Origin: a virus
Lineage: Duplodnaviria; Caudoviricetes
IMG/VR virus record: IMGVR_UViG_3300037424_002715
Location: 1 to 50,639 of that record
Reading direction: 5' to 3' (one strand)
DNA: 50,639 nt
Shown: positions 15,923 through 24,900 of the stretch, piece after piece
Numbering within the stretch: the stretch's first letter is position 1
Layout of the letters: the number at the start of each line of letters is the position of its first letter
The notes under the pieces: model-generated
The model's database searches: none
Seen by the model: only the letters and a program-made list of their open reading frames with translations
What the model was told of the DNA's origin: nothing
Position numbers and translations under genes: made by a program

Positions 15923-16726
15923 ATGAAAATGAACTTTTTGCGTGGGCTCTTTGCTTTACCTGAAATATGGTTCGAAGCAAACGCTGGTGGCGGCTCCGGT
16001 AGTGGCTCTGGTACGGGGACAGATCCCACGGTCCAGCAGCTCCAACAGCAGGTCACAGAGATACAAGCGAAATACGAAGCGCTCCATCAGAAAGTCGAGA
16101 AGGGCGAACTAATCGAACCGGCCACCTTCATCAAGAAGGCCACGGAATCAGGCGAGCTTTATAGCAAAGATCGCTACGTTGGTCTGCAGAAAACCATGCA
16201 GACTGAAAAGGATGCGGCGGATGCCCTCAAGGTATCTGTAGCCGCATTGACTGCCAACGAGACAGCCTTGAAAACCCAGCTTTCCAACTTGGAAAAAGAA
16301 AAGGGTGACTTGAATGCAAAGCTTGTTGAGACAGGCAAGACTGTGGAAGACCTGACTCGCAAGAATAAACGTTCCGCTCTCATTATGGAAAAGTTTCCAG
16401 TCCTGGCTCCCTTTGAAGTAAAGGGACTTCTGCCTATCGGTGATGATACACAGTTGGAAACTCTTCTCTCTAATTTTGCTGGACAGTTGGATACTATGAC
16501 CACCAAGGCCAAGGATGAATTTGGCAAAGGTGGTGGTACTAAAACTCCTGCCGGCAAGGAAACAACCACAACACCGGATGGGGAGCTGGATGCCAAAGGA
16601 TTGCTCGCCAAAGCACAGGCGGCTTTGAACGATACCACTGTGCAAGATTTTGCAGTCCGTAGAGCCAACTATGACAAGTTTTATGACCAGTACATAGCGA
16701 AGCTCCAACAGGACGCAGTAACCTAA
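15923..16726 (+). CDS. Capsid scaffolding protein
   Basis: Gly/Ser-rich N-terminus and long coiled coil; directly upstream of the MCP. Confidence 0.75.
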   Translation: MKMNFLRGLFALPEIWFEANAGGGSGSGSGTGTDPTVQQLQQQVTEIQAKYEALHQKVEKGELIEPATFIKKATESGELYSKDRYVGLQKTMQTEKDAADALKVSVAALTANETALKTQLSNLEKEKGDLNAKLVETGKTVEDLTRKNKRSALIMEKFPVLAPFEVKGLLPIGDDTQLETLLSNFAGQLDTMTTKAKDEFGKGGGTKTPAGKETTTTPDGELDAKGLLAKAQAALNDTTVQDFAVRRANYDKFYDQYIAKLQQDAVT

Positions 16727-16742
16727 CTTATATGAGGTAAAT

Positions 16743-18149
16743 ATGCCTACAACCTACGAGGATTTTGTTGCCATCAACCCCGTGGGAGTGATCGACAGAA
16801 ATGTATGGGACGACCGTATAGCGGAAGTCAACATGCAATTTGTCAAAGGTCCAACGATCTATACGCCATTGATCGACTGGACCGATCGCTCTGCCGTGAC
16901 TGGTGCTTCAAAGTCCATTTACTCGGAAATGATGGAAGGGGATGTGGATTTCGATGAGATTGAGCACAATGCCAAATACATCGAAGAACCTTTGGGCATC
17001 GACTCGCGCCAAAGGGATATCGGAACGGGGCGCTACGGCGACAAGATCCAGGTCGATGATGACTCGTCAGTCTTCCAGATGTGGAAACTCTCTGGTGGCC
17101 GGGATTGGCGTCCGCTTCTGCGCGGTGTACTTGGAAACAATGTGCGCCGCAAAATGGAGTTCGTTTCACGCAACGCCTACCTGAAAGGTCCGAAGGAATT
17201 CTGGACCTATGGTGGTGCAGCCACTTCCTGGGGAACGCTGGATGCCAATTGCAAGTTTGACATCGACATCACCACGGATTGGAACCTGCGCCTTGGCAAT
17301 ACCGGTACGCCGATCATTCCTGGAGATATGGCCGCCGCCAAGGTTGCCATCATCCCTCCAGGTGTAACCTATGACTTCCGTAAATCTCTTGCAGCAGCCA
17401 CCGGGAACGAAGCGGCTCTCTTTACACAGGCTCGCCTGTATCAGGGAGAGTCCATTCGTTATGAAATGGGAACCTACGAAGGCGTCCGTTTTGTGGAAGT
17501 CCCGAATGACACCTATGGTTTCAACGCCGCAGTATTGTATAACTGCGGTGCGATCTTTGCCCAGGCTACGGCTATGGCAGCCATAACCATGGGTGCTGGT
17601 GCTCCAAATCCTGAGACTACGAAAGTGGATAGCGTCTGGGCTGTCGGTCAAAAGGACGTAACGCATTACATTCAACTGGACACAGGTCAGGCTGCTGACT
17701 TCGCCAAGAATGACTGGGTGACGATCCATATAGCCCGTACCAATGCCTATGGTGTGACCAATGGCGTGGATCCACTTTCCGGGAAAACCATTGTACGCCG
17801 CGTTGTAGCTGTGGATACCAGCAATGACACCCTGTCCTTCGACAGGCCGATCATGAGGAACTACACCAACAACCTGGGCAGTGGTGTGTATGCCTATGTT
17901 ACGAAAGGTCAGCACGTGGGTTTCTGCCTGGTGCTTGGCTCGCGTGGCGGCATTCTCGGAAATGTCAATCGCCCCATCAAGTTCTACGAACCCAAGAGCA
18001 TCGATGACTTTGAGTCGATCTATCGCCTGGTCTGGGATATCCGCGCTGGTCTGAACATCTGGGAACCCAACCTTTGGGAATGCCATTTCGTGGCAGTTTC
18101 CGTTGCGAAACCTGGTGGTATCAACAGCCCGCAGGCCATTGGTTCGTAA
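16743..18149 (+). CDS. Major capsid protein (HK97 fold, N4-gp56-like) with an inserted domain
   Basis: GAGGT RBS; RYGDKIQV, AIIPP..YD and YEMGTYEGVRFVE motifs; synteny. Confidence 0.85.
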   Translation: MPTTYEDFVAINPVGVIDRNVWDDRIAEVNMQFVKGPTIYTPLIDWTDRSAVTGASKSIYSEMMEGDVDFDEIEHNAKYIEEPLGIDSRQRDIGTGRYGDKIQVDDDSSVFQMWKLSGGRDWRPLLRGVLGNNVRRKMEFVSRNAYLKGPKEFWTYGGAATSWGTLDANCKFDIDITTDWNLRLGNTGTPIIPGDMAAAKVAIIPPGVTYDFRKSLAAATGNEAALFTQARLYQGESIRYEMGTYEGVRFVEVPNDTYGFNAAVLYNCGAIFAQATAMAAITMGAGAPNPETTKVDSVWAVGQKDVTHYIQLDTGQAADFAKNDWVTIHIARTNAYGVTNGVDPLSGKTIVRRVVAVDTSNDTLSFDRPIMRNYTNNLGSGVYAYVTKGQHVGFCLVLGSRGGILGNVNRPIKFYEPKSIDDFESIYRLVWDIRAGLNIWEPNLWECHFVAVSVAKPGGINSPQAIGS

Positions 18150-18169
18150 TTCAACTTCGATGAGGCAGC

Positions 18170-18826
18170 ATGGGTACTATAAAATTTAAGGAACTCAAGC
18201 AAAAGATCATCCGCTCCGTGGAAGATACGGTGGATGAAAATGCTTCTCCACTCAGCGGCAGCGATTATCTTGCCGCCAATCTGGAGGATGCAGCCCATGC
18301 TGCTTTGCACGCTATTGCTTCCCGCTATTGGAAACGTGCTGTATTGTCTGTAAATGCTGATGCGGAATCAGTCTCTGTACCTGACGATTTTATTGATGTG
18401 GATGGAGTGTATGACAAAAAGGATGCCTTGTTTATCCCGAAGCTGGCTTTCCAAGTTGGAAATGCGCTGGCAACGACTGTAGGGAATGGCTTCTTTCTCT
18501 ATCCAAGTGGGACGATCACATTCATCAACAAAATTGGTTCTTTGGGTGCAACCGTGTTTTACCAGTCTCACTGGACACGTCCCGAGAAAGATAACGACCT
18601 TCTGGACTGTCCGGACTTTCTTGTTACTGCACTGGTTCAGTATAGCGGCGCTTATCTATTGGGTGCCAACGCAGTTTCCAGTGCCAGTATCCGCCAATAC
18701 AACACGAAGGTCGATAGCGGTCAACCCGGGGATATTCCCCAAATGAAAATGTCAAACTTTCTCATGGCACGTTACGAGGAAGAACTAAAACGCATTCCCA
18801 TGCTGGAAAAGGGACGTGTGCAATGA
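18170..18826 (+). CDS. Head-tail adaptor protein
   Basis: Follows MCP; SVPDDFIDV and ALVQYSGAYL patterns. Confidence 0.65.
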   Translation: MGTIKFKELKQKIIRSVEDTVDENASPLSGSDYLAANLEDAAHAALHAIASRYWKRAVLSVNADAESVSVPDDFIDVDGVYDKKDALFIPKLAFQVGNALATTVGNGFFLYPSGTITFINKIGSLGATVFYQSHWTRPEKDNDLLDCPDFLVTALVQYSGAYLLGANAVSSASIRQYNTKVDSGQPGDIPQMKMSNFLMARYEEELKRIPMLEKGRVQ

Positions 18827-19368
18827 GCCAGATCGTTCCGCTCATTCTGGATCGGATTGTTCGTGACCTGGAAACCGTCTGCCGCACTTCTATCAACGAA
18901 GATAATGATACCTATGCAGACATCCTGAAAAAGGGATTATTGCAGAATAACAAGGTCCGGGACAATGTTGCCATCGGTGTGACTGGTGGCGATCATGAAA
19001 ATCCGGAATATCTCGATGGGATCGTATCCCTCGGGGAGCACAAGAACATCGGTTTCAATGTCTCGGAAATCCCAAGAGAAGTCGGTGGTGGCGAACTATG
19101 GTGGCGGCGTGGTGTGGTCCGTGTGGAATGTTTCTTCGTCCGGGAGAAACTTCCAGAAGACGAAGCATATACCGCGGCCTACGAAGTGCTTGCCAGAGTC
19201 CAGAACACCATTCCACTGATCGCTGTCGGTGATCTAATCGATAGTTGGAATGAACGAGCGATCAAACTGTTTTCCTATGCAAACACCTTTTTTCAAAGCG
19301 GAGGAGCTGAGGATAGCAACATCTTCCGAGGCAAAGTGTTCTGGTCGTGTCTGACAGAGCGCCCATGA
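18823..19368 (+). CDS. Neck/tail terminator protein
   Basis: Synteny between adaptor and tail tube; ATGA coupling. Confidence 0.55.
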   Translation: MSQIVPLILDRIVRDLETVCRTSINEDNDTYADILKKGLLQNNKVRDNVAIGVTGGDHENPEYLDGIVSLGEHKNIGFNVSEIPREVGGGELWWRRGVVRVECFFVREKLPEDEAYTAAYEVLARVQNTIPLIAVGDLIDSWNERAIKLFSYANTFFQSGGAEDSNIFRGKVFWSCLTERP

Positions 19369-19414
19369 GAAAAATAAATGGTCGGGATAGCCTACTATCC
19401 CAGATTGAGTCAAG

Positions 19415-20476
19415 ATGGCCGTAACTGCACAAGCTGGAACTGTTGGCTTTGGGCCACAACCTGCCAAGGGATCGCTTACTACTGCATGGATGCGACATCG
19501 TGCCACGCTAGTGGATCTTGCGATCATTGATCCAACGCAAGAGGGCGCACCTGAGGTTGGCGGATTGCCTGTTCCAACATTCCCCTACAAAACCGGGCCA
19601 ATGGTCGGCGGAGGTCTTACGCTCCAGCCCCGCTTTATAGACACACTCGGTTGGTTGCTTTATGGAGTATTCGGCGCTGTGGAGAGTGAAGAAAGTCCCG
19701 GTGCCAGTGGTTTGTATAATCATGTCTTCAAGATGCTTGCTGGTCAGGAAACCTACGTTCCCTGGATGAGTTTTCGCAAGCACATTCCGCGCAAGGATAA
19801 TGTTGCTGGCACAGATCTGGGCGAACTCTACAAGGACTGCAAGATCATGGGCTTCAACCTACAACTGCCCAACCAGGAACCTTTGACAGCCCGCGTGGAT
19901 GTCATGGGACGCGAAGCAACACTGGATCATGATCCCACAGCATGGACATGGGATAACACCTTCGAGCACTGGGAATCCATTCCGGTGGCCTGTGCCGTTG
20001 GGGGCTTTTTGAAGATTGATAATGTCGAAATGCCCATTGTCCAGGCCAGTGTCGGTTTTCAGAATGTTCCCCTGGATCCTCGTCAGGAACGTGTCTATGG
20101 TGATCCCTTCCTGGAAGATATCACCGTTCTTCAGCGGCGCATGCAATATGACATGACCGTGAAGTGGAACAATCCTGATCTGTATGCAGACATTTATAGC
20201 GGCGCGACCAATGGAACCACATGGTCAAGTGCGCCCAAGACTGGCACCTTCTCTGTAAAAGCAGTTTCCTCTGTCGATATTGAAGGAGAAGATGAGCCTT
20301 ATTCCCTGCAAATCGATGCAGATGAAGTCATGATGAGTCAGGTGGGTGGTGTTACGCTGGCTGGCAACCAAGCCGTCATGCTGCGTTTTTCCGGTACTGC
20401 TCTGGAGAGCGATACGAATTTCTGTTCGATGACCCTGCGAAATCAGGTAACAGGATATACCTGGCCTGCTTCCTAA
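19415..20476 (+). CDS. Major tail tube protein
   Basis: Beta-rich 353 aa; LGWLLYGVFG, YNHVFK, YKDCKIMGFNL; upstream of the frameshifted chaperone. Confidence 0.85.
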   Translation: MAVTAQAGTVGFGPQPAKGSLTTAWMRHRATLVDLAIIDPTQEGAPEVGGLPVPTFPYKTGPMVGGGLTLQPRFIDTLGWLLYGVFGAVESEESPGASGLYNHVFKMLAGQETYVPWMSFRKHIPRKDNVAGTDLGELYKDCKIMGFNLQLPNQEPLTARVDVMGREATLDHDPTAWTWDNTFEHWESIPVACAVGGFLKIDNVEMPIVQASVGFQNVPLDPRQERVYGDPFLEDITVLQRRMQYDMTVKWNNPDLYADIYSGATNGTTWSSAPKTGTFSVKAVSSVDIEGEDEPYSLQIDADEVMMSQVGGVTLAGNQAVMLRFSGTALESDTNFCSMTLRNQVTGYTWPAS

Positions 20477-20483
20477 CTGAAAG

Positions 20484-20514
20484 AGGGGGAATAGGTGATA
20501 AGCCTATTCCCCCT
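20484..20514 (+). terminator. Strong hairpin after the tail tube gene (terminator or mRNA stabiliser; no U-tract)
   Basis: AGGGGGAATAGG-7 nt-CCTATTCCCCCT. Confidence 0.55.
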
Positions 20515-20541
20515 GAAATTCCAAGTTGGAGAAATAGCGAA

Positions 20542-20748
20542 ATGAGAATAAGAATTGTTTCAGATACAAACGTGTCATTCATAACACATATCTATAATGC
20601 AGATACTGGCGAGGAAATTGGGCATGTTATTGGTGCTGCAGTGGAGATAACGCCAAAAGGTGCCACTGCTACATTGACTTTCAAAGATGTCGAGGTCGAT
20701 ATCATTGCGAAGCTACAAGAGACAGCAGTACAAACAAAGGAAGAATAA
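20542..20748 (+). CDS. Small hypothetical protein between tail tube and chaperone
   Basis: 68 aa; GGAG RBS overlaps a palindrome copy; AT-richer codons. Confidence 0.65.
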   Translation: MRIRIVSDTNVSFITHIYNADTGEEIGHVIGAAVEITPKGATATLTFKDVEVDIIAKLQETAVQTKEE

Positions 20749-20749
20749 A

Positions 20750-21211
20750 ATGCCCATTCATTTGAAATCCCCGCTGGAAAAGGAATTCCATCTGGAAAAG
20801 AGCGATGCCGAACTTGGCATTTCAGATGGTGCCACATTGATCAGTATCCGACAAGCCACAGAAGGCGATTACATCCTGGTGCGTGACCTTTCTTCGGAAT
20901 ACCGACGCTCCTATGACGGACGAACCATCACAGCCATTCAACGTATTTCCTACGACGATATCCGAAAGAAACAGGTTTATCTGACCTTGAGTGGTTGTAA
21001 CATCCTGGATGAAAACGAAAAGGATCCCCTTTTCCGCTTCTCCAACAAGCGTGTTTCCAGCGAAACAGAATTCAATGCTGCATGGTACAAGTTGCCGCCG
21101 ACCATTGCAGACGAGATTCATGCCAAGGTTCTGGACATGAATCCCCTGTGGGACGACCGCCCAAAGCCTGAAGCGAAGGAACCTGTAACTATGGGGGAAG
21201 CATCATCCTAG
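20750..21211 (+). CDS. Tail assembly chaperone (G-like)
   Basis: Between tail tube and tape measure; ends with slippery GGGGGAA. Confidence 0.85.
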   Translation: MPIHLKSPLEKEFHLEKSDAELGISDGATLISIRQATEGDYILVRDLSSEYRRSYDGRTITAIQRISYDDIRKKQVYLTLSGCNILDENEKDPLFRFSNKRVSSETEFNAAWYKLPPTIADEIHAKVLDMNPLWDDRPKPEAKEPVTMGEASS

Positions 21212-21468
21212 AGAGATTAGCTGAAATTCGTGACGAACTGGAAGAATATCTTGGTGCTGTCAATGAGGTAAAAGCAAAAGCGCGATCCATTACAAATCTA
21301 CCTGAAAAACCTGGTTATCTAATAGCCTACGAAAACATACCGAAAAGCAAGCGGCCCTACATTGTCGCCGGTGAACTTATGGATCAACCCCATTTATGGC
21401 TGTTAGAGTACGGAGTAATAGAACAGATTGTGAACGTTTTCGATCCGCCCAAGGATAATCAGCAATAG
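21193..21468 (+). CDS. -1 frameshift extension of the tail chaperone (GT-like)
   Basis: G GGG GAA at 21193-21199; -1 frame open for 91 codons (GSIILERLAEIRDELEEY...AGELMDQPHLWLLEY...) with no ATG/RBS at its start. Confidence 0.8.
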   Translation, partial: GGSIILERLAEIRDELEEYLGAVNEVKAKARSITNLPEKPGYLIAYENIPKSKRPYIVAGELMDQPHLWLLEYGVIEQIVNVFDPPKDNQQ

Positions 21469-21494
21469 GTAGAAGATGTATAAGGAAATCGCAC

Positions 21495-21914
21495 ATGCCA
21501 TTCAGCCTCAGTGATCCAACTCTTATTCGAGAGTTTTTTTTGATTCAACCTCCGGAAGATACCCTGCCAGCCTATGTCCATATCCGGAAGATGACCGTGC
21601 TGGCAGAAACAGAAAGAACTGCCCTTTTACAGTCTGATCTATGGCAGGAGGGGGAAGCTAATCTTCGGAAATCCAGCTCTCTCACTATCGAGGAAATCCA
21701 TATCAAGGAAGTCTATTATTCCCTGGCTGACTGCAACTTCTGTGAAGAGGATGGTTCGTTCCTGTTCCGCTTCAAAAACCAATTCTTGGACATGACAGAG
21801 AATGAGTTTCAACTGGCCTGGGGGCGTTTGCCCACGGAGTATCAAAAGCAAATCATAGACCTTGTGCATGCAGTCAATCCCATCTGGCTCTTGCAGGATG
21901 TGAAGCATGCCTAA
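21495..21914 (+). CDS. Second, paralogous tail assembly chaperone
   Basis: Aligns end-to-end with 20750..21211 (EF.L, IR, VY..L..CN, LFRF.N, E.EF..AW..LP, NP.W). Confidence 0.8.
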   Translation: MPFSLSDPTLIREFFLIQPPEDTLPAYVHIRKMTVLAETERTALLQSDLWQEGEANLRKSSSLTIEEIHIKEVYYSLADCNFCEEDGSFLFRFKNQFLDMTENEFQLAWGRLPTEYQKQIIDLVHAVNPIWLLQDVKHA

Positions 21915-24900
21915 AGGAATGAACACTGGCCCGAAACGATGGAACCCACAAACCAGCCAGTGGGATGATGTTTCTTCCACTGAAAAGATGAATTACTGGG
22001 AAGCCAAGGCGAACAATGAGTCAGAGGCTATCCAGAAACCAGATATTCCTGCATCTCTAGCTCAGGAGACAACCAGACAGCGGATTGGAGTACCTCCGGC
22101 TGCTGAAACACCTGCGCCACCGAAAGCACCACGCCAACGTGGTCCCAATCCCATGCGCCAGGCAGATGAAACCTGGCTAAAAACCTTACAGGGCAATCTG
22201 GGAACGGGATATATCGCGCAATGGACAAGTCCCAAACTGGTTGGTAAGCAGGTGGAGATCGTCAATCCAAACTTTGTGGCAGAACCCCTGACTTTCAATG
22301 TCAACCTACAGCACAATGTTTCCAAAGTTGGCACCGTTCCGATCATCAATGAAAACCTGACCCCGGGCGGGGTCAATGCTCCTGCCGGTGTTCCTATTCG
22401 TGCGGGTGTGCAAGTCAGTGTTCATGATGCCATCAAAGCCAATCCTGAAAAGGGAACTCAGGCTAAACCAGAGAGCATTGATGTAGTTGGATTTACCCCA
22501 ACAACACGTCTGTCTCATCTGGTCAAAAATGCTTTTGAGAATGCGAACAAGCAGGAAGATCTTCCCATCCGAAAGGCATTTCAACAAGCCGTCGCCGGTG
22601 TTCGCCAGGAGGAATACGAGGAAAATGCCACCCGTGCAAATAAGCAATCTCCGCAGGCTGCCATCAATAAGCATCTGGCAGAGGTGACAGTCAATGTTGC
22701 CGGGGGTCCCTTCGATACGAAACGTGGACAATATGCTTTAGCTGAGGTACTGGGTGGTACACGCGCTCCTGGTGTACAGGAACCAACTGCCTTTACTCCG
22801 GTGGAACAAGGGACACAAGCTCCGGAACAAAAACAGTTCTTCCAAGCGCTGCGAGAACAGGGTGTCGTTTTCAACCAGCGTGGAAATCTCCAGACGCCAG
22901 GCAATGTGATCACCCGCACCAATGAGAACGCTACTCCGGTAGCTCGTTTGACGGATGCCATGAAATCCATCTTCAACAAGAGCTATGGCATTGGTGGTTT
23001 GAGTACTCGCATGCGTCCTGTCACTTTCGAAGAGGATACACAGGGACGCAATGTACCGCGTTTTGTGGAACCTGCTCCCAACACTCAACAGGCTTTACTG
23101 GCAGGCGATCAGCCACAAGTCACCACATCCAACATTGTTCAACCAGCAGGAGACAAATTCCCTGTTACATTGGAAACGATCGCCATGCCACGGGATATTT
23201 CTGGCATTCTGCCAGGTGGCGCTTTGAAATCAGTCAATCCACAACGCCAGGAATATGATTATGGTCATGGGACCAAACTGGGTATGCCACTTCCCGAGAT
23301 GAATGCCAGGGATATTCTTGAAGGAAAGGTCAAATTCAATCTGCAGGACTTTCAGGGAGTGGGGAACCAACTTGGAGCTGGAAGTCGGAACCTAAGTCTG
23401 GGAACCATGAGCTACAAGGGTTCGGAAATCGATTTGCAAACTTCTAAGGGTGAGGAAGCCCTCTTCCCAAGTTCCTCACCTTATCTACAGATCCCCAGTC
23501 ATTACAATCCGACGACCATGGAGTTTACGCAGGGCGGGGCGGAGGAAGATGTAAGCACATCAGGACTGATCAAAAAGCTGCAACGCCAGACCGGTCTAAA
23601 GGTACGCCGTTCCAATCTTCCAGGAACGGCCTTGGTCATGCCTGCCATTGGTGTAGGTCTTGCCCGTTCGCGTGGTGGTGGCGGGAAGTTCACTGAGAAT
23701 CCCATTACCAGCATGAACGTGTTTCAGGACACCAGCAGGGGAACACAACAGGCTGTCGATATTATTTCTTCGGAAGGTGCCAAAGCCCCGGATGTAGCCC
23801 AACATCTTATGGGAGCTTTGACCAATCCTCAACAAAGTGCCTTGTTCAACCTTTGGGCGGAGAACCTGCCGGCCAGGGAACGCAAGGCAGCTCGGGTAGC
23901 AGTATCCAATGTTGAACAACAACTGGCAAGGTCCAGTCAACAGCGAGCCGTACCACTGGATCTCAACCAGGCAGCCGCGGCTTATCAGGAAGCCAACCCT
24001 GCTTTTGTGGGTGGCGGTCGTGAACTGGCAGCACAGATCTACCAACAGCAGTTTGTGAACTATGCCCAGGATCCCAAGATGCAGGCCCGCAACCTGGCCG
24101 CCACTGGCTCACAATATACGCTTGATCCTTTGAAATTGGGGCGCTTCTCACCTGAAAGCATGGGGCTCATGCGTGAGAATTATATTCGCGCCAATACACA
24201 ACCAGGACGGGACATGACAGCAGAACAGGCTGGTCAGGCTTTCGATGTTCGTTATCGTCCTGCTGCAGAAGGTCTGCAAGCTGGTGAATATCCCGAAGTA
24301 ACCTATCATCCACAACCAGGCGAGGAGTATTTCCGTGGCCGTGTGGAACGAACCCGCATCAATGCCGCTGAAACCTACTCCAACGAAATGGGGATGGCAG
24401 TTTCATCAGCCATCAATACCGCCTATCCCGAGGTTGGAAGACAGACTGGCATCGATACAGAAAATGCCCGGCCAGCGCAAGGTGCGGAAGCAGCCGGTTC
24501 CTTCCTGAACTATCTGGTCAATCAGCGGGCTGTAGCGGCAGGTGGTGCTGCTCCTGAGAATGTTCGTCAGATTTCAACAGACGAGGCACAGCGTATAAGA
24601 GATATCCCAAAGGAAGTTTCTGGGAAAGCCTATAACGAAACCATTGCCAAGATGCTTGGCGTGGAAGAAAGAGATCAACGGACCTTGCTCCAATTCCAGG
24701 GAGAAGGACAACCGCTCATCCCTAATCCCAATGCCATGAACCAACGTGGTGTTTTCGAAAATCTGGAAGGCACTTCCATTGGCAAGGTGGGACTTCAAGC
24801 AGAAACCCTGATGCGGGAAGCGGCCATAGCCACACAAACCAAGGGACTGGCTCTCAATCCAGAGTCCAGAGTGCAAAAGGCTTCGACCCGCTTGTTTGGG

